DNA of 64,000 nt from Patescibacteria group bacterium (GCA_028718605.1 JAQULM010000001.1:263422-327421), one strand, 5' to 3'; positions 36,046-46,377 are shown, counted from the stretch's first letter. Translations and numbers: made by a program. Notes: generated by a model from the letters alone, not told the origin.

Positions 36046-37275
36046 CTATGATGCGAGCGCTTTAATAATATCCCGGAAGACTACCGCTATCGAAGGCTCA
36101 CCATTCACTTCCAAAAGAATTCCCTGCCGCCGGTAGTATGCAATAACCGGTTTCGTAAGGCGGTTGTATGATACGAGACGCCTATTGATAGCCTGCGGCT
36201 TGTCATCTTCTCGCCGAACCAGCAAGCCTGTGCAGCGGGGGCAGTGTTCGCGGCCGCGCTCAATATCAACTCCGTCGATGAATATTGCCCCGCAACGATC
36301 GCAGGTGCGCCGCAATGACAATCGGCGAATCGTCGTCGAGCGGCGGATTGGGAGGAATATCACCCATGAAATGGCGCGGTGTAATGATGCCATTACCCGA
36401 TCGAGGCTGCGTGCTTGGGCGATAGTGCGCGGGAAACCATCAAACAAAAACCCGCGTGATACGGCCACCCGGCTTAATTCCTGCTGGAGCACTTTTAACA
36501 CAATCGGATCGGGTGCAAGCTTACCCTCAATATTAATAATGCGGTGGACTCTTCTTCCCAGCGGCGATTGCTGGCGAGCTAATTTGCGGAGTATTTTCCC
36601 CGTTTCGACATGGTACAGCCGAAACCGCTCCGCGAGGAGATGTGCCTGGGTACCCTTGCCGGACCCCTGGGGACCGAGGAGAATATAATTTGTGTTCATG
36701 GACATTCGCACACGGCGATGAATTTCGGCAAGTACGTTGTCGATCCGCCGGTATAATTTCGGCACAGAATCATTATTCGGAATATGAAAATCCGCTGCCG
36801 CAATGACGACATCCAGCTGCTGCTGTGTTGCCGATCCGGTGCGCTCTTTGCGTTCCTGCGCCTGGAAGCGTGCATATGAAACATGGTCGTCGATTCTCCC
36901 CCGCCGCTTTGCACGGAGATAGCGCATGCGCTGCGGCGCCGAAACGGCAATAACAAAAACCATGCCATGTCTTTTTAGCGCCGCGATTTCCCCGGGATTG
37001 CGGACGCTCGAAATAATTAACCGTGACACGCGCCGGCATCCAGGACTGAGCAATGTTTTTTCCGCAAGATACCCCACACCAAAACGCGTCCTGAGCTCGT
37101 TGCCGACTCGTATGAGATTATCCCGATTGACTTCGATGTGGCGGCGGCGACAAATGGCACGAAGTGTCTCCGAAAGCGAAAAATGAGCGAATCCTTTGCG
37201 CCCAAGATATGCCGCAGCAGTATCCTTGCCCGAAGAGGAAAGGCCAACAAGAATGATAATGATTTTTTTCTTCAT
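36046..37275 (-). CDS. adk: Adenylate kinase fused to an N-terminal extra P-loop nucleotide-kinase-like domain
   Basis: Residues about 193-409 are Adk (ILLGPQGSGKGTQ; zinc-lid CDRCG ... CPRC). Residues 1-190 form a second P-loop domain (IIIILVGLSSSGKDT). Single continuous ORF with no Shine-Dalgarno before the internal Met. Confidence 0.75.
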   Translation of the reverse strand: MKKKIIIILVGLSSSGKDTAAAYLGRKGFAHFSLSETLRAICRRRHIEVNRDNLIRVGNELRTRFGVGYLAEKTLLSPGCRRVSRLIISSVRNPGEIAALKRHGMVFVIAVSAPQRMRYLRAKRRGRIDDHVSYARFQAQERKERTGSATQQQLDVVIAAADFHIPNNDSVPKLYRRIDNVLAEIHRRVRMSMNTNYILLGPQGSGKGTQAHLLAERFRLYHVETGKILRKLARQQSPLGRRVHRIINIEGKLAPDPIVLKVLQQELSRVAVSRGFLFDGFPRTIAQARSLDRVMASLHRAISWVIFLPIRRSTTIRRLSLRRTCDRCGAIFIDGVDIERGREHCPRCTGLLVRREDDKPQAINRRLVSYNRLTKPVIAYYRRQGILLEVNGEPSIAVVFRDIIKALAS

Positions 37276-37371
37276 ATCGCCTGTAGTATAACGTATTTAG
37301 TTATAAAAAACCACCTCGCAATTATTAATGCAGGGGTGCGTCAAATCATTCGAAGAAGCACATCGTCCCGG

Positions 37372-38646
37372 TTAAAAGCCCTCGTAGTTTCTCATCACGA
37401 GCTGAGATTCAATCTGCTTAACGACTTCAATAACAACTGAAACGACGATCAGCAAGCTCGTGCCGCCAACAACGAGGGTACTGATCTTTGTTGCAGACTG
37501 GATAACGTTCGGCAAAATCGCAATGATACCCAGAAAAAGTGCGCCCCCGAGGATAATCCTATTGCTCACGTATCCCAAAAAGTCGGATGTCGGCTTGCCT
37601 GGCCTGATACCCGGAATAAATCCGCCCTGTTTCTGCAGATTCTCGGCGATCTGCGTCGGATGGAATACAACAGCTGTATAGAAATATGTAAATACAACAA
37701 CAAGGACAAAATACATCACGGCGTAGATGAACTGGTTCTGGAATGTCGCAACGGTCCATGCAGCAGCACTGGCCAGCCATCCGACTGATGAATTGACAAA
37801 AAACTGCGCAATCATCGGCGGAACAAGGACGATCGACACGGCAAAAATAATCGGAATAACACCGGCCTGGTTCACCTTGAGCGGGAGATGGGTATTGACG
37901 CCTCCATACATCCGCATGCCGCGGATGCGCTTCGCGTATGAAACGGGGATATTGCGCTGCCCTTCGGTAATGACGACAATAGCTGCTACGGTCAAGACGC
38001 CGACAACTCCAAATGCTATCAAACCGCCAAGTTGTGTCATGTCGAATGTCGCTAGAGTGCGCTGAATCTGTGTCGGGACATTTGCGACGATACCAGCAAA
38101 TATGATAAGGGAAATGCCATTCCCTATCTTTTTTTCATTGATCAGCTCGCCGATCCACATTAAAAAGATCGTTCCCGCTGTAATAGTAATGATTGTCGTC
38201 GAAAGCTGCATCATGCTCATGGCACCGACAATTCCACGCCCCGACTGCCGGAGAATGGTAATCATGCTATACGCCTGGAGCGCAGCGAGTGGGATGGACA
38301 GCACCCGCTGGTACTGATTGAGTTTTGCGCGCCCTGCCTCACCCTCTTTCTGGAGCTCCTCGAGCCGCGGTATCACCATGGTAAGCAACTGGAAAATGAT
38401 GGAGGCGGTAATATACGGTGCAACGCCAAGCATAACAACAGAAAAGTTTTCCATGCCGCCGCCAGAGAAAAGATTCAGAAGCCCGAGAAGTTGGTTTTCC
38501 TGAAAAAAACTTTTAAGATTTCCTACATCAATGCCAGGGATCGGAATATGCGCCGCAATGCGGAATATAAGGAGCATCGCAAGCACAAACAGTATCTTAT
38601 TGCGAAGCTCTTTGACGACCCATATCTGGCGGAATTTCTCCCACAT
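37372..38646 (-). CDS. secY: Preprotein translocase subunit SecY
   Basis: 424 aa, 10 TMs, with SecY signature regions. Confidence 0.95.
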   Translation of the reverse strand: MWEKFRQIWVVKELRNKILFVLAMLLIFRIAAHIPIPGIDVGNLKSFFQENQLLGLLNLFSGGGMENFSVVMLGVAPYITASIIFQLLTMVIPRLEELQKEGEAGRAKLNQYQRVLSIPLAALQAYSMITILRQSGRGIVGAMSMMQLSTTIITITAGTIFLMWIGELINEKKIGNGISLIIFAGIVANVPTQIQRTLATFDMTQLGGLIAFGVVGVLTVAAIVVITEGQRNIPVSYAKRIRGMRMYGGVNTHLPLKVNQAGVIPIIFAVSIVLVPPMIAQFFVNSSVGWLASAAAWTVATFQNQFIYAVMYFVLVVVFTYFYTAVVFHPTQIAENLQKQGGFIPGIRPGKPTSDFLGYVSNRIILGGALFLGIIAILPNVIQSATKISTLVVGGTSLLIVVSVVIEVVKQIESQLVMRNYEGF

Positions 38647-38648
38647 AC

Positions 38649-39137
38649 CTATGACGGTTGTTTTTTATGCTTTTTCGGTTGCCATATCGCGGGAAGCGTC
38701 AGCCGCTGTACCTTGCCTCCTGCCTTTGTTATAGCATCTTCCGCTGACTTTGAAAATTTGTGCGCGTACACGGTAAATTTTTTCTTGATTTTGCCTCCAC
38801 CGAGTACTTTTACCGAAACGCTTTCGTCTTGGATCAAACCCTGTTGTTTCAAAAGGCGGAGAGTGATAAGCGCCTGGTCTTTGAATACGGTTTCCAGGTC
38901 GCCAACGTTCACTACCTGGTAGTGGAGATTGCGTGACCGAAAACCGCGGAGTTTCGGAACCTGCATCAACATTTGCTTCAGACCTCGTCTGCGCAATCGA
39001 TTCGTGCCACCGGTACGTGATCGCTGCCCCTTCATACCGCGCCCGGAATACGTTCCCCTGCCCGAACCGTCGCCACGCCCGACCCTGCGAGCATGCTTAC
39101 GTTGTGCTGATTGTAATGTGGATAAAGAAAGTTCCAT
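38649..39137 (-). CDS. rplO: 50S ribosomal protein L15
   Basis: Gly/Arg-rich N-terminus (RRVGRGDGSGRGTYSGRGMKGQ). Confidence 0.9.
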   Translation of the reverse strand: MELSLSTLQSAQRKHARRVGRGDGSGRGTYSGRGMKGQRSRTGGTNRLRRRGLKQMLMQVPKLRGFRSRNLHYQVVNVGDLETVFKDQALITLRLLKQQGLIQDESVSVKVLGGGKIKKKFTVYAHKFSKSAEDAITKAGGKVQRLTLPAIWQPKKHKKQPS

Positions 39138-39138
39138 A

Positions 39139-39645
39139 CTATTTTCGCATCTCCCGCAGCTGCCGCGGATCTTTCAAGCGCTCGAGCGCCAGAAGTGCAG
39201 CCCTGACATTGTTAATTTTACTCTTTGAGCCGAGTATCTTCGCTACGACGTTCTTGACACCAGCTAAATCCAATACAGCCCGGATTGCGCCGCCAGCAAT
39301 CACCCCCGTGCCTTTCCTCGCGGGTTTGAGGAGAACGCGCGCCGCCTTGAACTTCACGACAATCCTCGCAGGAATCGTGTCATCAACCATATGGACCGCC
39401 ACGAGGCTTTTTTTTGCTGCAACGACGGCCTTGTTGATTGCGACAGCGACGTCCGCGCCTTTCTTGAGCCCCATGCCGACATGCCCCTTCCGGTCACCGA
39501 TCACGACGCATGCGCGAAACGACATCCGTTTGCCCCCTGCCATAACGCGGGTAACGCGGGCAATATCAATAAGTTTCTGGCCAAACTCGTCATCTTTCCG
39601 CTCGTGACGATTATCCCTATTGCGTGTCCGCCTTTCTTCTGCCAT
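39139..39645 (-). CDS. rpsE: 30S ribosomal protein S5
   Basis: uS5 dsRBD and C-domain pattern. No L30 gene between rpsE and rplO. Confidence 0.9.
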   Translation of the reverse strand: MAEERRTRNRDNRHERKDDEFGQKLIDIARVTRVMAGGKRMSFRACVVIGDRKGHVGMGLKKGADVAVAINKAVVAAKKSLVAVHMVDDTIPARIVVKFKAARVLLKPARKGTGVIAGGAIRAVLDLAGVKNVVAKILGSKSKINNVRAALLALERLKDPRQLREMRK

Positions 39646-39661
39646 ACAAATTGAAATTCAT

Positions 39662-40024
39662 TTAGAAATTGAGTCCTTGTTCTCTCATGCTGTCAGCAAG
39701 CGCCTTGATGCGGCCATGGTATGTGAACCCGTGCCGGTCAAATACAACTTTGCCAATCTTCTTCGCGAGTGCTCTTTGCGCGACAACTTTTCCTACTTCC
39801 CTGGCGATATCAGTTTTTTTCATGCCCTTCTTCACCTTGATGTCGCGATCCGAAGCGCTCACCAGCGTCGTTCGTGCTGCATCATTGATAATCTGGATGC
39901 TAATATGCTTACTGCTTCGAAATACAGCAGCACGGGGACGTTCTGGCGTCCCGACAACCCGTGCGCGGACCCGCCTCATGCGTACGGTATGCCGCTGTCC
40001 TCTTTCTCGCTGGAAATTTGTCAT
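39662..40024 (-). CDS. rplR: 50S ribosomal protein L18
   Basis: uL18 pattern. 120 aa. Confidence 0.9.
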   Translation of the reverse strand: MTNFQRERGQRHTVRMRRVRARVVGTPERPRAAVFRSSKHISIQIINDAARTTLVSASDRDIKVKKGMKKTDIAREVGKVVAQRALAKKIGKVVFDRHGFTYHGRIKALADSMREQGLNF

Positions 40025-40041
40025 TGATGTTCAATAATATA

Positions 40042-40629
40042 TTAGCCTGAACCGACAGCCTTTACCACTTTGCCGGCCTTGCGCCGCACAATCTCGCCTG
40101 AGTACTTGATGCCCTTCCCCTTGTACGGTTCCGGCTTCTTGACCGCGCGGATCTCGGCAGCAATTTGGCCGACTCGCTGCTTATCAATTCCGACAATTTT
40201 GATAATGTTTTTTTCAACCGTTACTACAATATCATCAGGGAACGGGAATTCTACCGGATGGGAGAACCCCACATTTAACGTAAGTTTTTTCCCTGAAACA
40301 GCTGCGCGGAATCCAACGCCGTGGATTTCAAGTTTCTTCTCGAATCCTTTCGTAACGCCCTCAATCATGTTCGCCAGCAACATCCGAGACGTACCCCACA
40401 GTGAGCGAGAGAGTTTCTCTTCCGGCTTTTCTACGGTAACCTGGATTTCACTGCCTGACTTCTCAAACTTGACGACCGGATGAAATTCGAACTCGAGGGT
40501 GCCTTTGGGGCCTTTGACGGCCACATGAGCGCCTGCGATGGTTACGTCAACCCCCTGAGGTATAGTGATTGGTTTTTTGCCTATGCGTGGCATACGTGCG
40601 TATGATTGATTAAAACACTTCGCAGACAA
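40042..40629 (-). CDS. rplF: 50S ribosomal protein L6
   Basis: uL6 two-domain pattern. 195 aa. Confidence 0.9.
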   Translation of the reverse strand: MSAKCFNQSYARMPRIGKKPITIPQGVDVTIAGAHVAVKGPKGTLEFEFHPVVKFEKSGSEIQVTVEKPEEKLSRSLWGTSRMLLANMIEGVTKGFEKKLEIHGVGFRAAVSGKKLTLNVGFSHPVEFPFPDDIVVTVEKNIIKIVGIDKQRVGQIAAEIRAVKKPEPYKGKGIKYSGEIVRRKAGKVVKAVGSG

Positions 40630-41005
40630 TTTCCCCGCCGAGATGCTTCTGCTTCGCTTCTTGATTTGTCATTAAACCTCCTGAAGTAGAAACCACAAGA
40701 ATCCCGAGCGAAGGAAGAACTTTCGGGATTTCCCGATAATTCTTATATACACGTCTCCCCGGCGTGCTGATACGATTCAATCCCCGTATCACTGGCTCCT
40801 TGCTTGCGTACTTGAGGACTACCCGGAATGAACGCTGCGTGCTTTCGGAATCGGTATCAGTCACCAATTCCTTCACGAATCCTTCGCGTTGGAGAATTTT
40901 TCCAATCTCAATCTTTACCCTGGAGTACGGGATGGAAACCTCGGGCTTATGAACCATGAGGCCGTTCCGGATTCTCGTAAGCATGTCCGCGATTGGATCT
41001 GTCAT
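40610..41005 (-). CDS. rpsH: 30S ribosomal protein S8
   Basis: MTDPIADMLTRIRN N-terminus. Confidence 0.95.
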   Translation of the reverse strand: MTDPIADMLTRIRNGLMVHKPEVSIPYSRVKIEIGKILQREGFVKELVTDTDSESTQRSFRVVLKYASKEPVIRGLNRISTPGRRVYKNYREIPKVLPSLGILVVSTSGGLMTNQEAKQKHLGGEIVCEVF

Positions 41006-41054
41006 AAAGAAATTTCACCTTATAGGTTATGAATACGTCGTAAATATCTTGGTA

Positions 41055-41240
41055 TTACCAGCTCGATTTCCTGATGCCTGGAATTTCCGCATTATTCGCG
41101 AGTTCCCGAAAGCAGATACGGCACAGATTGAATGCGCGCATATAACCGCGCCTGCGGCCGCAGCGCCAACACCGCCGCACGATCCGAGTTGAGTATTTCG
41201 GCTTTTTCTTCGACTTCGCGATTTGTGACTCTTTCGCCAT
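41055..41240 (-). CDS. rpsZ: 30S ribosomal protein S14 type Z (zinc-binding, 61 aa)
   Basis: CWRCGRRRGYMRAFNLCRIC zinc ribbon. Confidence 0.95.
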   Translation of the reverse strand: MAKESQIAKSKKKPKYSTRIVRRCWRCGRRRGYMRAFNLCRICFRELANNAEIPGIRKSSW

Positions 41241-41248
41241 ACGTGTTA

Positions 41249-41797
41249 TTAAGCCTTTTTAAACGGGAACCCGAGAAGTTTGAATAATTCAAGGCCTTCC
41301 TCGCGGGTTTTAGCTGATGAGGTTATGGTAACTTCGAGGCCATGAACGTGTTCAACCTCGTCTGAACGAATTTCCGGAAACGCAATGTGCTCCGAAAAAC
41401 CGATCGAGAGATTACCGTGCTGGTCAACGCATTTCATATCAATTCCCTGAAAATCACGCACGCGCGGAAGCGTGCTGTGAACGAGCTTCTCGACAAAATC
41501 ATACATGCGGCTGCCCCGGAGCGTTACGCGTGCGCCAATAACCATTCCTTGGCGAATCTTGAAGGCAGAAATCGATTTGCGTGCCTTGGTAAAGACCGCT
41601 TTCTGCCCGGAAATTCTCGTCAAGGTATCAGCAATCGCATCGAGTACCTTGGCATCCTGGAGCGCCTTGCCCGCTCCGCAATTAAGGCTTGCTTTCTGAA
41701 TGCGGGGGACAGCAAGATCGTTCGTATACCCGAACTTTTCTTTCATTGCAGGAACGACATGCTTTCTATATTGATCGTGGAGGCTAATATGTGCCAT
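41249..41797 (-). CDS. rplE: 50S ribosomal protein L5
   Basis: uL5 pattern. 182 aa. Confidence 0.9.
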   Translation of the reverse strand: MAHISLHDQYRKHVVPAMKEKFGYTNDLAVPRIQKASLNCGAGKALQDAKVLDAIADTLTRISGQKAVFTKARKSISAFKIRQGMVIGARVTLRGSRMYDFVEKLVHSTLPRVRDFQGIDMKCVDQHGNLSIGFSEHIAFPEIRSDEVEHVHGLEVTITSSAKTREEGLELFKLLGFPFKKA

Positions 41798-41801
41798 AAG
41801 A

Positions 41802-42116
41802 TTAAATCACCTGTTTACACTTCCGGCAAATGCGCTGGCGCTTCCCATCCGCCGATACCTGCATACCGACCCGAACGCCCTTATTGCACTTGCCGCAAAA
41901 GATAAGGACATTTGAGGCATTCATCGGGGCGTTATACCGTACGACCTGGCCTTTCTCGCCCATGCGTTTCGGGCGAACGTTTTTCGCCATCATATTAACA
42001 CCCTCAACGATAATCATTCCGCTCTGAGGAAGGACCTGCAGTGCTTTACCCTTCTTCCCCCGGTCTTTGCCTGCAATAATCTGTACGATATCATTTTTTC
42101 GTATTCGTGGTGCCAT
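41802..42116 (-). CDS. rplX: 50S ribosomal protein L24
   Basis: KOW motif (IRKNDIVQIIAGKDRGKKGKAL). Confidence 0.9.
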   Translation of the reverse strand: MAPRIRKNDIVQIIAGKDRGKKGKALQVLPQSGMIIVEGVNMMAKNVRPKRMGEKGQVVRYNAPMNASNVLIFCGKCNKGVRVGMQVSADGKRQRICRKCKQVI

Positions 42117-42127
42117 AGTGTCGTTCG

Positions 42128-42499
42128 TTAGAGAACTTCGGGAGCGAGTGAGATTATTTTACTGTATCCGAGATTTCGAAGTTCTCGGGCAACGGGCCCG
42201 AAGATTCTCGTCCCCTCCGGATCCTTGGTCTTGAGATTGATAATGACGCCTGCGTTATCATCGAAACGAATATATGATCCATCGGCACGCCGTAATTCTT
42301 TCCGCTGCCGGATAATTACCATATTAACCACCTGCCCCTTTTTAACGGCAGCGTGAGGGGCTGCCTCCTTGACTGAAACCGTGACAACGTCTCCGATATA
42401 CCCATACCGCTTTTTATAGCCGCCGCGAACGCGGATGACCGCTACATGCTTTGCGCCGGTATTATCCGCAACGACGAGTCGTGAACGTAATTGGACCAT
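42128..42499 (-). CDS. rplN: 50S ribosomal protein L14
   Basis: uL14 pattern. 123 aa. Confidence 0.95.
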   Translation of the reverse strand: MVQLRSRLVVADNTGAKHVAVIRVRGGYKKRYGYIGDVVTVSVKEAAPHAAVKKGQVVNMVIIRQRKELRRADGSYIRFDDNAGVIINLKTKDPEGTRIFGPVARELRNLGYSKIISLAPEVL

Positions 42500-42506
42500 A
42501 CGCTTA

Positions 42507-42755
42507 TTACGAATTTACTTTCTTTATGGCTCGCCAGCGCTTCTCGCGGCTCAACGGGCGCACTTCCTCGAACATCACCGTGTCACCGACGTGGTACTCG
42601 TTCTTCTGGTCGTGAACTTTGAATTTTCGGCGGACCTGGTATCGCTTCTGATATTTCGGATGCATCCTACTCTCGACGACTTTGACGACGATCGTCTTTT
42701 CCATCTTGTCGGAGACAACGGTGCCCTGGAACGTCCGTTTATGCTTATTTTCCAT
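42507..42755 (-). CDS. rpsQ: 30S ribosomal protein S17
   Basis: uS17 OB-fold pattern. 82 aa. Confidence 0.9.
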   Translation of the reverse strand: MENKHKRTFQGTVVSDKMEKTIVVKVVESRMHPKYQKRYQVRRKFKVHDQKNEYHVGDTVMFEEVRPLSREKRWRAIKKVNS

Positions 42756-42990
42756 ATGTGGAATCCTTCTTAGTGGTAGTATTCTTAGCTGCGAACGAAC
42801 GTATTACTTCTTTCTCCTTTAAAATCGTAAGGATCCGCGCGATCAGTTTTTTCGTATCACGAAGCTCACGGACGTCTTTATGCTGCTTCGCTGAAATTTT
42901 AAATCTCAAATCACGCGATTGTTCTCGGTACAATTTGAGGAGCCGCTGCAGCTCAGTGGCAGGCTTGCTTCTGAGTTCCTTGAGTTCCAT
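42745..42990 (-). CDS. rpmC: 50S ribosomal protein L29
   Basis: uL29 pattern, with a C-terminal extension. Confidence 0.8.
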   Translation of the reverse strand: MELKELRSKPATELQRLLKLYREQSRDLRFKISAKQHKDVRELRDTKKLIARILTILKEKEVIRSFAAKNTTTKKDSTYGK

Positions 42991-42991
42991 A

Positions 42992-43405
42992 CTATATGCC
43001 CTCTCGACTTATAAATTTAGTACGGACAGGCAGCTTATGCGAAGCCCGTCGGAAAGCTTCTTTCGCTTTATCCAGGGCAACGCCGTCGATCTCGAATAGA
43101 ACTGTCCCAGGTTTAACAACGTAGACATAATGGTCGACAGCTCCTTTGCCGCCGCCCATCGGTACCTCCGAACCATGGGACGTGATGGGCTTATCGGGAA
43201 ATATGCGGATCCAGATCTTCCCGCCCTTATGGACGAAGTGCGTCATGGCACGGCGCGCTGCTTCTATCTGCCGCGAAGATACCCATGAAGCAGAAAGCGC
43301 TTTAAGGCCGAAACTTCCGAAACTGAGCTTGCTCCGAGACGTTGCTCGCCCTCGGACAATCCCCTTCTGCCATTTTCTGTGTTTAACTTTTTTTGGTAAT
43401 AACAT
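42992..43405 (-). CDS. rplP: 50S ribosomal protein L16
   Basis: uL16 pattern ([15 protein letters not shown]). Confidence 0.95.
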   Translation of the reverse strand: MLLPKKVKHRKWQKGIVRGRATSRSKLSFGSFGLKALSASWVSSRQIEAARRAMTHFVHKGGKIWIRIFPDKPITSHGSEVPMGGGKGAVDHYVYVVKPGTVLFEIDGVALDKAKEAFRRASHKLPVRTKFISREGI

Positions 43406-43420
43406 AGGGATTATCGTGCA

Positions 43421-44086
43421 TTAAGCACTCTGTGTTTTGCTTACTACTGCTTTAGCGAAAACTTCACCGCGGTAAATCCAAACCTTAACTCCGACTGCGC
43501 CATAGGTCGTATGGGCTGCGCCACGCGCATAATCAATGTCCGCGCGGATCGTGTGAAGCGGAATTGAACCCTGGCTGAATTTTTCTTTACGGGCAATTTC
43601 GGCGCCATTCAAACGGCCGCCCACGATCACTTTCACGCCGCGGGCACCTGCCTGCATAACCTGCTCGACCGTTCTTTTAATGACACGCCGAAATGGCATG
43701 CGCTTCTCCAACTGGTCGATGACTCCCTGGCAAACGATCTGTGCATTCAGATTCGGCGCTGATACTTCATGAATATTCAAATTGAGGTTTACTTTTTTAT
43801 CCAGAAACTTCTTCTTAATTTCTTTCTTGATTTCATCGGCACCGGTCCCCCCCCTGCCAATCACGAGTCCCGGTTTCGACGTATAAAGATTGATTTCTAC
43901 CGCCCCGCCAGATCGATTGATGTCGATAGATCCAATGCCAGACTCTCGCAGTTTCTTGGCAATAAATTTCCGCATATTGATATCCTGCTCTACGAGAGCA
44001 GCATAATCCTTGCGGGCAAACCATTTCGATTTCCAGCCTTGGTTGATTCCCATTCGAAACGCACGTGGATGTACCTTTTGTCCCAT
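43421..44086 (-). CDS. rpsC: 30S ribosomal protein S3
   Basis: MGQKVHP N-terminus and KH domain. Confidence 0.95.
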   Translation of the reverse strand: MGQKVHPRAFRMGINQGWKSKWFARKDYAALVEQDINMRKFIAKKLRESGIGSIDINRSGGAVEINLYTSKPGLVIGRGGTGADEIKKEIKKKFLDKKVNLNLNIHEVSAPNLNAQIVCQGVIDQLEKRMPFRRVIKRTVEQVMQAGARGVKVIVGGRLNGAEIARKEKFSQGSIPLHTIRADIDYARGAAHTTYGAVGVKVWIYRGEVFAKAVVSKTQSA

Positions 44087-44088
44087 AT

Positions 44089-44640
44089 CTATCGTTCTCC
44101 TAATCGTCTCGTAAATTTATCTTTAATGCTGCGAAGCGCTCCCATTGATCGTCCCTTCTTCTCTTCTGCCACGGCCTGCTTAGCCCCCTCTTTTCCTTTC
44201 GCTTCATGTTTTATTTCATCGTACGAAACAGCCTTTTGTGCGGTTGCGCTGCCCGTGCGCGTTTCTTTCTGTGATTTGCGTTGCTTCGACGCCTTCTTGG
44301 CTGTCGGCTTCTTTTCGTCAAGCACAATGGCAACGTGGGATGACCGTTTCCGGATCATCGATGCGCGACCGAATGCGCGGCCTTCCCAGCGTTTCAAAGC
44401 GGGTCCCTCATCGACTGAGATGCGTTTAATAAATAAATTTTCCTTCTTGAGCTTGTTGTTATTCTCGGCGTTCGCGATTGCAGATTTCAGGAGCTTCAGC
44501 ACCGGCAGCGCTGCCGCTTTCTTCATGAAATGCAGCTGGTACTCGGCGCGCTCAACGTCCATACCGCGAACCACATTAACGATAAGCCGAACTTTTCGCG
44601 GTGACATTCTTAAAAAATTTAATTTTGCGGTTACTTCCAT
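44089..44640 (-). CDS. rplV: 50S ribosomal protein L22 with a long Lys-rich C-terminal extension
   Basis: uL22 core (about 110 aa) followed by a roughly 70-aa K/A/E-rich tail. Confidence 0.9.
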   Translation of the reverse strand: MEVTAKLNFLRMSPRKVRLIVNVVRGMDVERAEYQLHFMKKAAALPVLKLLKSAIANAENNNKLKKENLFIKRISVDEGPALKRWEGRAFGRASMIRKRSSHVAIVLDEKKPTAKKASKQRKSQKETRTGSATAQKAVSYDEIKHEAKGKEGAKQAVAEEKKGRSMGALRSIKDKFTRRLGER

Positions 44641-44652
44641 ACAAATCGCAAA

Positions 44653-45015
44653 TTATTTTGCTTCGGCTGGAGCCTTTGTTTTTTCCTCAATTTTTTTCTG
44701 CGCCTCTTCAACTTCTTTCTTCTGCGCTTCTGCTTCCGCTGCGGCCTGTTCTCGCTGCATACGGCCGCCGTGCCTGACGAATTTTTTCGTCGGCGAAAAT
44801 TCCCCCAGCTTATGGCCGACCATATTCTCTATGATAAATACCGAGACATGGTCCTTGCCGTTGTGAACGCCGATGGTAAAACCAACCATTTCCGGTGTAA
44901 TAACTGAATCCCTCGACCATGTTTTGATGATCGTTTTATCCCCGCTCCGAACCTTGGAAATTTTCTTCAAGAGCTTCGGATCGGTAAAGGGGCCTTTTTT
45001 TAAACTTCGCGACAT
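44653..45015 (-). CDS. rpsS: 30S ribosomal protein S19 with a K/E/A-rich C-terminal extension
   Basis: [11 protein letters not shown]-terminus. Confidence 0.95.
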   Translation of the reverse strand: MSRSLKKGPFTDPKLLKKISKVRSGDKTIIKTWSRDSVITPEMVGFTIGVHNGKDHVSVFIIENMVGHKLGEFSPTKKFVRHGGRMQREQAAAEAEAQKKEVEEAQKKIEEKTKAPAEAK

Positions 45016-45033
45016 AGAAATTAATTATATAAG

Positions 45034-45864
45034 TTATTTTCTCCTGCGGAGAATGTGCCGGTCTGAATATTTACCACTTCGGCGCGTTTTGACCCCAAGC
45101 GCCGGCTTGCCCCATGGCGTCTTCGGATGCTTCAGTCCGATCGGGTTGTGGCCTTCGCCGCCGCCGTGCGGGTGGTCTACCGGGTTCATCACTTTTCCTC
45201 GAACGGTCGGACGTATTCCCCGCCACCGCATCCGCCCCGCTTTCCCGAGCCTGATATTCCGATGGTCGACGTTGGACAGCTGTCCAATGGTCGCCATGCA
45301 CCCGGCATTAAATATTCTAATTTCTCCTGAGGGTAGTTTAATTTGAACCGAATTGCCTTCCATCGCCTGCACGATCGCGCCCACGCCGGCTGCACGAACA
45401 GCCGAGGCTTCCTGTTCAGGGCTGAGTTGAATATCGTGTACGGTAATGCCGACAGGAATTTTCGCAAGCGGTAAACGGTTTCCCGCCTGGATTTCCGCCC
45501 CTTTCTTCGAGGAAACAACCTGCATGCCGATCTTCAAGTCTGTCGGGGCAAGTATATACCGCTTTTCACCGTCTGAATATTGTACGAGCGCAAGCCATGC
45601 GGTGCGGTTCGGATCATACTCAAGCGCTATCACCTTTGCTGGCTCATCGAAACGCTCCCGCTTGCCGTCAACCATCCGGAAAAAACGCTTATGACCACCG
45701 CCCTGGTGGCGCACGGTGATTTTCCCCTGCGCATTGCGGCCAGCCCTATTTTTTATAATTCGCACCAAACTCCTTTCGGGCCGTTTCTTTGTCAATTCAC
45801 CGAAATCAATGCCCGAAGCTCCTCGGCGGCCTGCTGTTGTCGGTTTGTATGATTTTATTGCCAT
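45034..45864 (-). CDS. rplB: 50S ribosomal protein L2
   Basis: uL2 pattern (HPHGGGEG). 276 aa. Confidence 0.95.
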   Translation of the reverse strand: MAIKSYKPTTAGRRGASGIDFGELTKKRPERSLVRIIKNRAGRNAQGKITVRHQGGGHKRFFRMVDGKRERFDEPAKVIALEYDPNRTAWLALVQYSDGEKRYILAPTDLKIGMQVVSSKKGAEIQAGNRLPLAKIPVGITVHDIQLSPEQEASAVRAAGVGAIVQAMEGNSVQIKLPSGEIRIFNAGCMATIGQLSNVDHRNIRLGKAGRMRWRGIRPTVRGKVMNPVDHPHGGGEGHNPIGLKHPKTPWGKPALGVKTRRSGKYSDRHILRRRK

Positions 45865-45870
45865 AAGCCC

Positions 45871-46374
45871 CTACAGTCCTTCTTGGATATCTATCTTCTG
45901 CCCTTGTGGAAGCGTCACAATCGCCTTCCGCCACCGTTTCGTTTCGCCCTGGGTTTTGCCATAGCGTATCGACTTGCCCCGCATATTAACCGTTCCTACC
46001 CGCAAAGGTTTAATTCCATATACTTTCCTGAATGCCTTATGAATCTCGATTTTATTTGCACGAGGCGCGACTTCGAAGACATATTGGTTATTGGCGGTGA
46101 GCGAGGAACCTTTCTCTGTAATCAAGGGGCGTATCAGCACACGGTATGCTTCGCCTGTTTCTTCTTTCGCCTGTTTGTCCTTCTTTTTCGGTGCCTCCTC
46201 TTTTTTCTGGACCGCGACGAGTTTGCCATCAGGCGTTACAACAGCCTGTTCCTTCACCTTCTCGGGAGACTTTTTCGCTTCTTTCGGAACGGCCGGCCGG
46301 GCACGGCGTGGCGCTGCCGCCTCTTTCGGGGCAGTATCTTTAGCTTTCTTCTTTAATCGGTCGAAGAGTCCCAT
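45871..46374 (-). CDS. rplW: 50S ribosomal protein L23 with a roughly 70-aa K/A/P-rich N-terminal extension
   Basis: C-terminal about 95 aa match uL23 (LIRPLITEKGS ... KIEIHKAF ... VNM). Confidence 0.85.
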   Translation of the reverse strand: MGLFDRLKKKAKDTAPKEAAAPRRARPAVPKEAKKSPEKVKEQAVVTPDGKLVAVQKKEEAPKKKDKQAKEETGEAYRVLIRPLITEKGSSLTANNQYVFEVAPRANKIEIHKAFRKVYGIKPLRVGTVNMRGKSIRYGKTQGETKRWRKAIVTLPQGQKIDIQEGL

Positions 46375-46377
46375 ATA

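Noticed and set aside
43769-44866. 365-aa + strand ORF across rpsC/rplV/rpsS
   Set aside because: Antisense to conserved ribosomal protein genes, with a low-complexity Ser/Phe/Ala-rich product. Artifact.
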